This document shows, piece after piece, positions 59,341 through 64,000 of a DNA stretch of 64,000 bases. The position numbers were made by a program, and so were the translations under genes. The notes below the pieces were generated by a model, which ran no database searches, was not told where the DNA came from, and was given only the letters and a program-made list of their open reading frames with translations. Positions within the stretch are counted from its first letter, which is position 1; each line of letters opens with the position of its first letter. The stretch is from an uncultured bacterium (GTDB taxonomy: Bacteria; Patescibacteriota; Minisyncoccia; Moranbacterales; UBA2206). The stretch is from NCBI GenBank assembly GCA_903937035.1, contig CAIZXS010000009.1:11141-75140 (forward strand), given 5' to 3'.

Positions 59341-60513
59341 ATGAGTATTTTGCTTAAAATTGACAAGGTTCGCACCCTAGTTCGCAGCAATGGTCTTTTT
59401 GGAAGTGCGAAAAAAGTTTTTGGTTATGTTCGAAAGTATCGCGCTGCTTTCGTCGTGACTCCTGGGGATATTCTTTTTATTGCTTCTGGTGTGGGGGATA
59501 GTGCGCATTTTCGAACGTGGAACGTGGCCGAGGAATTGTGCTTGCATAATTTGCGTGCATCAGTCACGATTTCTGATAATCCTCAATTGCTTGAATTGGT
59601 GGACCAATTTAAAATCTTTATTTTCCACAAAACAGTTTATTCTGAGAAAATTGCCAAAGTCGTTGAGAAAATAAAAGCGCAAAAAAAGGAGATCATTTTC
59701 GATACGGATGATTTGAATTTCGACCTAAAATATTCCGGACAAATGGATTATTTGAAAAATGCTGGCGAGGCGGAAAAAGCTCAATATGTGAAAGGTTTGG
59801 GACGAGAGATTTTGGAAGACGAATATGTAAAAGTGGCAACGACCACAACGACCTATTTGGCTAGAATTTTGGAAGAAAAAGGCAAAACAGTTTTTGTGGT
59901 GAAAAATAGAATTTGTGATGCTGAATTGGATTTGGCGAACAAGCTTTGGGAGACTGGCAGAAAAGCAAAGGATGATTTTGTCTATTTAGGATATTTTAGC
60001 GGAACGCCAAGTCATAATAAGGATTTTGCCATAATCACAGATGCGCTTGTTGTGGTGATGCGGAAATATGCTAATGTGAAATTGATTTTGGCTGGACCAT
60101 TAGAGAAAGAAAACGGCCTCAATGAATTTGCGGACAGAATCATTACATTGCCATTAGTGCCAAGAGGAGAACATTATCGAAATATTCAAAAAGCAGACAT
60201 TAACTTGGTTTCTTTGGAAAGCAACCCTTTCTGTGAAGCGAAATCCGAGCTGAAATTTTTCGAAGCAGGCATTTTGGGTATTCCGACAGTGGCTATTAGA
60301 AACGAAACCTTCGCGGGTGCAATCGAAGATGGCGTGACTGGATTTTTAGCGGGAAATGCTCTAGAATGGACCGAGAAGTTGGGGCGATTAATTGAGGACG
60401 CCGATTCGCGAAAAGCGATAGGGGAGAAGGCTCGAGAAAAAACGCTCAAAGATTATACAAATAAAAATAGTCATAGCGATGAATATTATAATTATTTAAG
60501 CAAAAAACTATGA
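59341..60513 (+). CDS. Glycosyltransferase (GT-B)
   Basis: FDTDDL, GYFSGTPSHNKDF, KSELKFFEAG. Confidence 0.85.
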   Translation: MSILLKIDKVRTLVRSNGLFGSAKKVFGYVRKYRAAFVVTPGDILFIASGVGDSAHFRTWNVAEELCLHNLRASVTISDNPQLLELVDQFKIFIFHKTVYSEKIAKVVEKIKAQKKEIIFDTDDLNFDLKYSGQMDYLKNAGEAEKAQYVKGLGREILEDEYVKVATTTTTYLARILEEKGKTVFVVKNRICDAELDLANKLWETGRKAKDDFVYLGYFSGTPSHNKDFAIITDALVVVMRKYANVKLILAGPLEKENGLNEFADRIITLPLVPRGEHYRNIQKADINLVSLESNPFCEAKSELKFFEAGILGIPTVAIRNETFAGAIEDGVTGFLAGNALEWTEKLGRLIEDADSRKAIGEKAREKTLKDYTNKNSHSDEYYNYLSKKL

Positions 60514-61463
60514 AAGTACTTGTAACAGGAGGTGCGGGGTTCATTGGGTCAAACCTGGCAAATAAGTTATTGGAGCGCGGGGATCAGGTGGTGATTATTG
60601 ATAACTTCAATGATTATTATGACCCGAAAGTGAAACGCGATCGCATTAAAACCATTCTTAAGGGCAAAAAATTTAAACTCTACAAAGGCGATATTCGCGA
60701 CGTGAAACTTTTAGAGCGGATTTTTAAAGCAGAAAAGCTGGACAAGGTGGTGCATTTGGCGGCAATGGCTGGCGTGCGTTATGCGATTGAAAATCCCTTG
60801 ATCTATGCTGATGTGAACGTGCTCGGTACAACCAATCTCTTGCAACTCGCGGCGAAATATAAATTGAAAAATTTTGTTTATGCTTCCTCTTCTTCGGTTT
60901 ACGGTAATAATAAAAAACTACCATTTTCCGAAACTGATTCGGTGGATACGCCGATTTCCCCCTATGCTGCGACCAAAAAAGCGACTGAGCTGATGGCGCA
61001 TGTTTTTTCTCATGTGCATGGACTGCCCACAACGGGCTTGCGCTTTTTTACGGTCTATGGACCATGGGGACGACCGGATATGGCCCTTTTTAAATTTACG
61101 AAAAATATTTTGGCTGGACTTCCAATTGATGTGTATAATCACGGAAAAATGAGTCGCAATTTTACCTATGTCGATGATATCGTTTCTGGCACAATCACCG
61201 TGCTCGATGCTAATTTGCCATGTGGCGTGATGAATATCGGCGGAGATAAAGAAGAGACGCTTATACGTTATATTGAAGTACTGGAGAAATGCCTTGGGAA
61301 AAAAGCGCAGATGAATATGATGCCGATGCAACCAGGGGATGTACCTTCAACTGTGGCGGATATTGGGAAATTGCGAAAATTAGGCTGGAAGCCGACGACT
61401 AGGATTGAAAAAGGTATTGCAAATTTTGTGGAATGGTATATGCGGTATTATAAGATAAAGTAA
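60510..61463 (+). CDS. NAD-dependent epimerase (UDP-glucuronate 4-epimerase-like)
   Basis: TGGAGFIG, ASSSSVYG, YAATK, RFFTVYGPWGRPDMA. Confidence 0.93.
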   Translation: MKVLVTGGAGFIGSNLANKLLERGDQVVIIDNFNDYYDPKVKRDRIKTILKGKKFKLYKGDIRDVKLLERIFKAEKLDKVVHLAAMAGVRYAIENPLIYADVNVLGTTNLLQLAAKYKLKNFVYASSSSVYGNNKKLPFSETDSVDTPISPYAATKKATELMAHVFSHVHGLPTTGLRFFTVYGPWGRPDMALFKFTKNILAGLPIDVYNHGKMSRNFTYVDDIVSGTITVLDANLPCGVMNIGGDKEETLIRYIEVLEKCLGKKAQMNMMPMQPGDVPSTVADIGKLRKLGWKPTTRIEKGIANFVEWYMRYYKIK

Positions 61464-61465
61464 GC

Positions 61466-62730
61466 ATGATTAGAAAGCTAAAAAATAATGCCTTTGCCTG
61501 GAATAGTTTTGTGCTTTTTTCCGGCAGTATGGTGAATAATGTTCTCAATTACATTTTTCATTTAGTCGTAGGGAGAATGGTGAGTGTGACTGTCTATGGA
61601 GAGACGGAATCTTTGATTTCTCTTATGTCCATTATTTCTGTTCCAGCTGCGACACTGGTGATGGTGATGACAAAATACGCAGCCGAGTGCAAGGCGCAAG
61701 ATGATAAAAAACGGAGCTATGAACTTTTGCGTTATTTTAACAAAAAAATAATGCAATATGGTACTCCGGTTTTTCTACTGACTATCCTTCTAACTCCATA
61801 TATCAGTCGCTTTTTGAATATTGAAAGCAATGTCCCTCTGCTTATCGTTTGGACATCAATGCTGCTTTCGCTTTTTTCTTCTGGCGCTTCCGGGATGCTG
61901 ACTGGTTGGCAAAAATTCAAACAATCGAGTTGGGCGGCGATTGCCGGAGGTGCTCTAAAATTAGTTTCGGCATTGATTTTTATTGCTATTGGACTAAAGA
62001 TAAATGGGTTGATGCTGAGTTTTTTTCTTTCCGCAGTCGGAACGTATGTTATTGCGCTAATTTGCCTCAGATTTATCATTGTTGCGGGAAAGGGGGATAA
62101 TAATGAAATAAGTAAACTAAATTTTGGATCAGTTAAAAGTACGGTGGCAACTTTTTTTATGGGAAATCTGGCGATAAATGCTTTGGGAAATCTGGATATG
62201 GTTTTGGCAAAGCATAACTTGAGTGATATCGAAGCCGGGCAATATGGCGCACTGACGATTGTTTCGAAGATAATTTTTTTCGCGACCGGTGTGATTGCTT
62301 CAGTTCTTTTCTCGATGTCGGCGGAGCATAATCATAAAAATGCGAATACAAGAAAACTCTTTCTTCAGGCCTTTTTCTGATGTTGGGAGTGTCGCTGATC
62401 TCAATCGCAGTTTATTTTGCTGCTCCAAAATTGATTCTTTCTTTGCTTTTTGGTGCAAAATATAATGACGTTTCCGCCTATTTGGGCTGGTTTGCTATCA
62501 TGGTTGTTCTTTTCTCTCTTGTTAATCTTACTTTGCAATATTTGCTTTCCTTGCATCGCATCAAGGTTGTCTATGGCATGCTCACAGTGGCGATTTCGTC
62601 CGCGATTGCAATTCTTTTCCTTGGACACACGATTTCTGCTATACTAACCATAGGTATCGTGGCTCAACTTGTGGCACTGATTAGTACGCTACCTTTTATG
62701 TTAAATTCATTCAGCAAGCATCCTAAATAA
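61466..62730 (+). pseudogene. Wzx-type oligosaccharide flippase split by a 1-nt frameshift
   Basis: ORFs 61466-62380 and 62380-62730 join into a ~420 aa flippase if one T is added to the T5 run at 62372-62376. Confidence 0.75.
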
Positions 62731-62741
62731 AACTTAATCAT

Positions 62742-63686
62742 ATGGAAGAGTCAAGGAAAAAAACGCTCTCAGTTATAGTCCCAGTTTACAACGAAGAGAA
62801 AAACGTTCCACTTTTCTATGAAAAGATTCAAAAAGTGCTTAATGCACTAAATTATGCTTGGGAGATTGTTTTTATTAATGATGGCAGTCTCGACAAGAGC
62901 ATATTGGAATTGGAGAAGATTTCTAAGGATGATTCTCGTGTACGGGTGATCGATTTCTCTCGCAATTTTGGCAAGGAGATTGCTGTTACTGCCGGGATTA
63001 ATAGTTGCATCGGAGATGCTTGCATGATCTTGGACGCTGATTTGCAGCATCCCATTGAGCGCATTCCGGAGTTTATTAAGAAATGGGAAAAGGGCGCTGA
63101 GGTCGTGGTTGGTGTACGAGCAAAGAATAAGGGCGAAGGTTTTGTCAAAAAAGTTGGCTCCTATATTTTCTATAAAATGATCAACCAAATCTCAGACATG
63201 GAGATCGTGACTCGCGCAACGGATTTTCGTTTGTTGGATCGCGTGGTGATTAATGAGTTTAATAGATTGACCGAAAAAAATCGGATGACAAGAGCGCTTA
63301 TTGACTGGCTAGGTTTTCGACGGGAGTATATCCAATTTGAGGCGAATGAGCGGATTCATGGTGCGCCAGCCTATAGTTTTTGGAAATTAGTGCGCTTAGC
63401 TTTCAACAGTATGATTTCGTTCAGTCTGTTTCCCTTGAAATTTGCTGGTTATATGGGAATTATTATCACATTTCTTTCGGGTCTTTTGGGCGTTTTTATT
63501 TTAGTTGATCGCTATATTACGCAAGAATTGCATTTCTCTGGCTCAGTTATTTTGGCAGTCGTGATTCTGTTTTTGATTGGTATCGTACTGATTTGTCTTG
63601 GACTGATCGCACTTTATATCGCTAATATCCACGCGGAAGTGACTAATCGACCGATGTATATCGTAAGGAAAAGCAAAAATGGCTAG
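62742..63686 (+). CDS. Glycosyltransferase family 2 (GtrB/YkcC-like)
   Basis: VPVYNEE, NDGS, SRNFGKE, DADLQHP, two C-terminal TMs, RPMY. Confidence 0.93.
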   Translation: MEESRKKTLSVIVPVYNEEKNVPLFYEKIQKVLNALNYAWEIVFINDGSLDKSILELEKISKDDSRVRVIDFSRNFGKEIAVTAGINSCIGDACMILDADLQHPIERIPEFIKKWEKGAEVVVGVRAKNKGEGFVKKVGSYIFYKMINQISDMEIVTRATDFRLLDRVVINEFNRLTEKNRMTRALIDWLGFRREYIQFEANERIHGAPAYSFWKLVRLAFNSMISFSLFPLKFAGYMGIIITFLSGLLGVFILVDRYITQELHFSGSVILAVVILFLIGIVLICLGLIALYIANIHAEVTNRPMYIVRKSKNG

Positions 63687-63800
63687 TTTACGGGAATTGC
63701 TTGACAAAAATCTTCAAAAGCCTTAAACTATCTCAGTAACCTAAATTATACAAAAAAGAGCGATATTTTCGTCTCTGGTTTTTTATTAAAGACAAACTTT

Positions 63801-64000
63801 ATGCTGACTATAAGACTCGCAAGAACAGGCAAAAGAAATACGGCACAATTCAAGATAATGCTTCAAGAGCGCACAGTTGCTCCAGGAGGGCGTCATGTTG
63901 AGATTTTGGGGAGCTATAATCCTCATTCTAAGGCAGTGGTTCTTAATGCTGATCGGATCAAATATTGGATTGAGAGAGGGGCATTTCTTTCAGATACGAT
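63801..64000 (+). CDS. rpsP: 30S ribosomal protein S16 (partial, runs off the window)
   Basis: MLTIRLARTGKRN...GRHVEILGSYNP...RIKYWIERGA. Confidence 0.93.
   Translation, partial: MLTIRLARTGKRNTAQFKIMLQERTVAPGGRHVEILGSYNPHSKAVVLNADRIKYWIERGAFLSDT

Overview
This 64-kb window looks like chromosomal DNA from a low-GC Patescibacteria (CPR, Parcubacteria/Moranbacteria-like) bacterium using genetic code 11. The taxonomy is inferred from gene content: short AtpH, DUF4012 paralogs, PEGA protein and expanded PEP-mobile-domain proteins. Core content: a complete F1Fo ATP synthase operon (atpBEFHAGDC), khpA-trmD-ftsW, murG-murC-(P-type ATPase)-murB-hpf, proS, the start of rpsP, and two surface-polysaccharide/glycosylation clusters. 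Most unusual: (1) a ~12-kb island between ftsW and murG with six phospho-histidine swivel domains on four proteins, a single ATP-grasp domain, no PEP/pyruvate TIM barrel, and four interleaved phosphatase-fold genes, which is a candidate modular kinase/phosphatase system; (2) a duplicated cassette of exported orphan proteins with conserved structured leaders, where a TGA aligns with a Cys codon of the paralog and coding-type conservation continues past it; (3) repeat-derived in-frame insertions in AtpA, the P-type ATPase and MurB; (4) a leader-peptide attenuator and other candidate cis-regulatory RNAs; (5) several families of REP/MITE-like elements. No tRNA, rRNA, CRISPR array, transposase or integrase was seen. 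All calls were made by eye from motifs; no database searches or folding programs were run.
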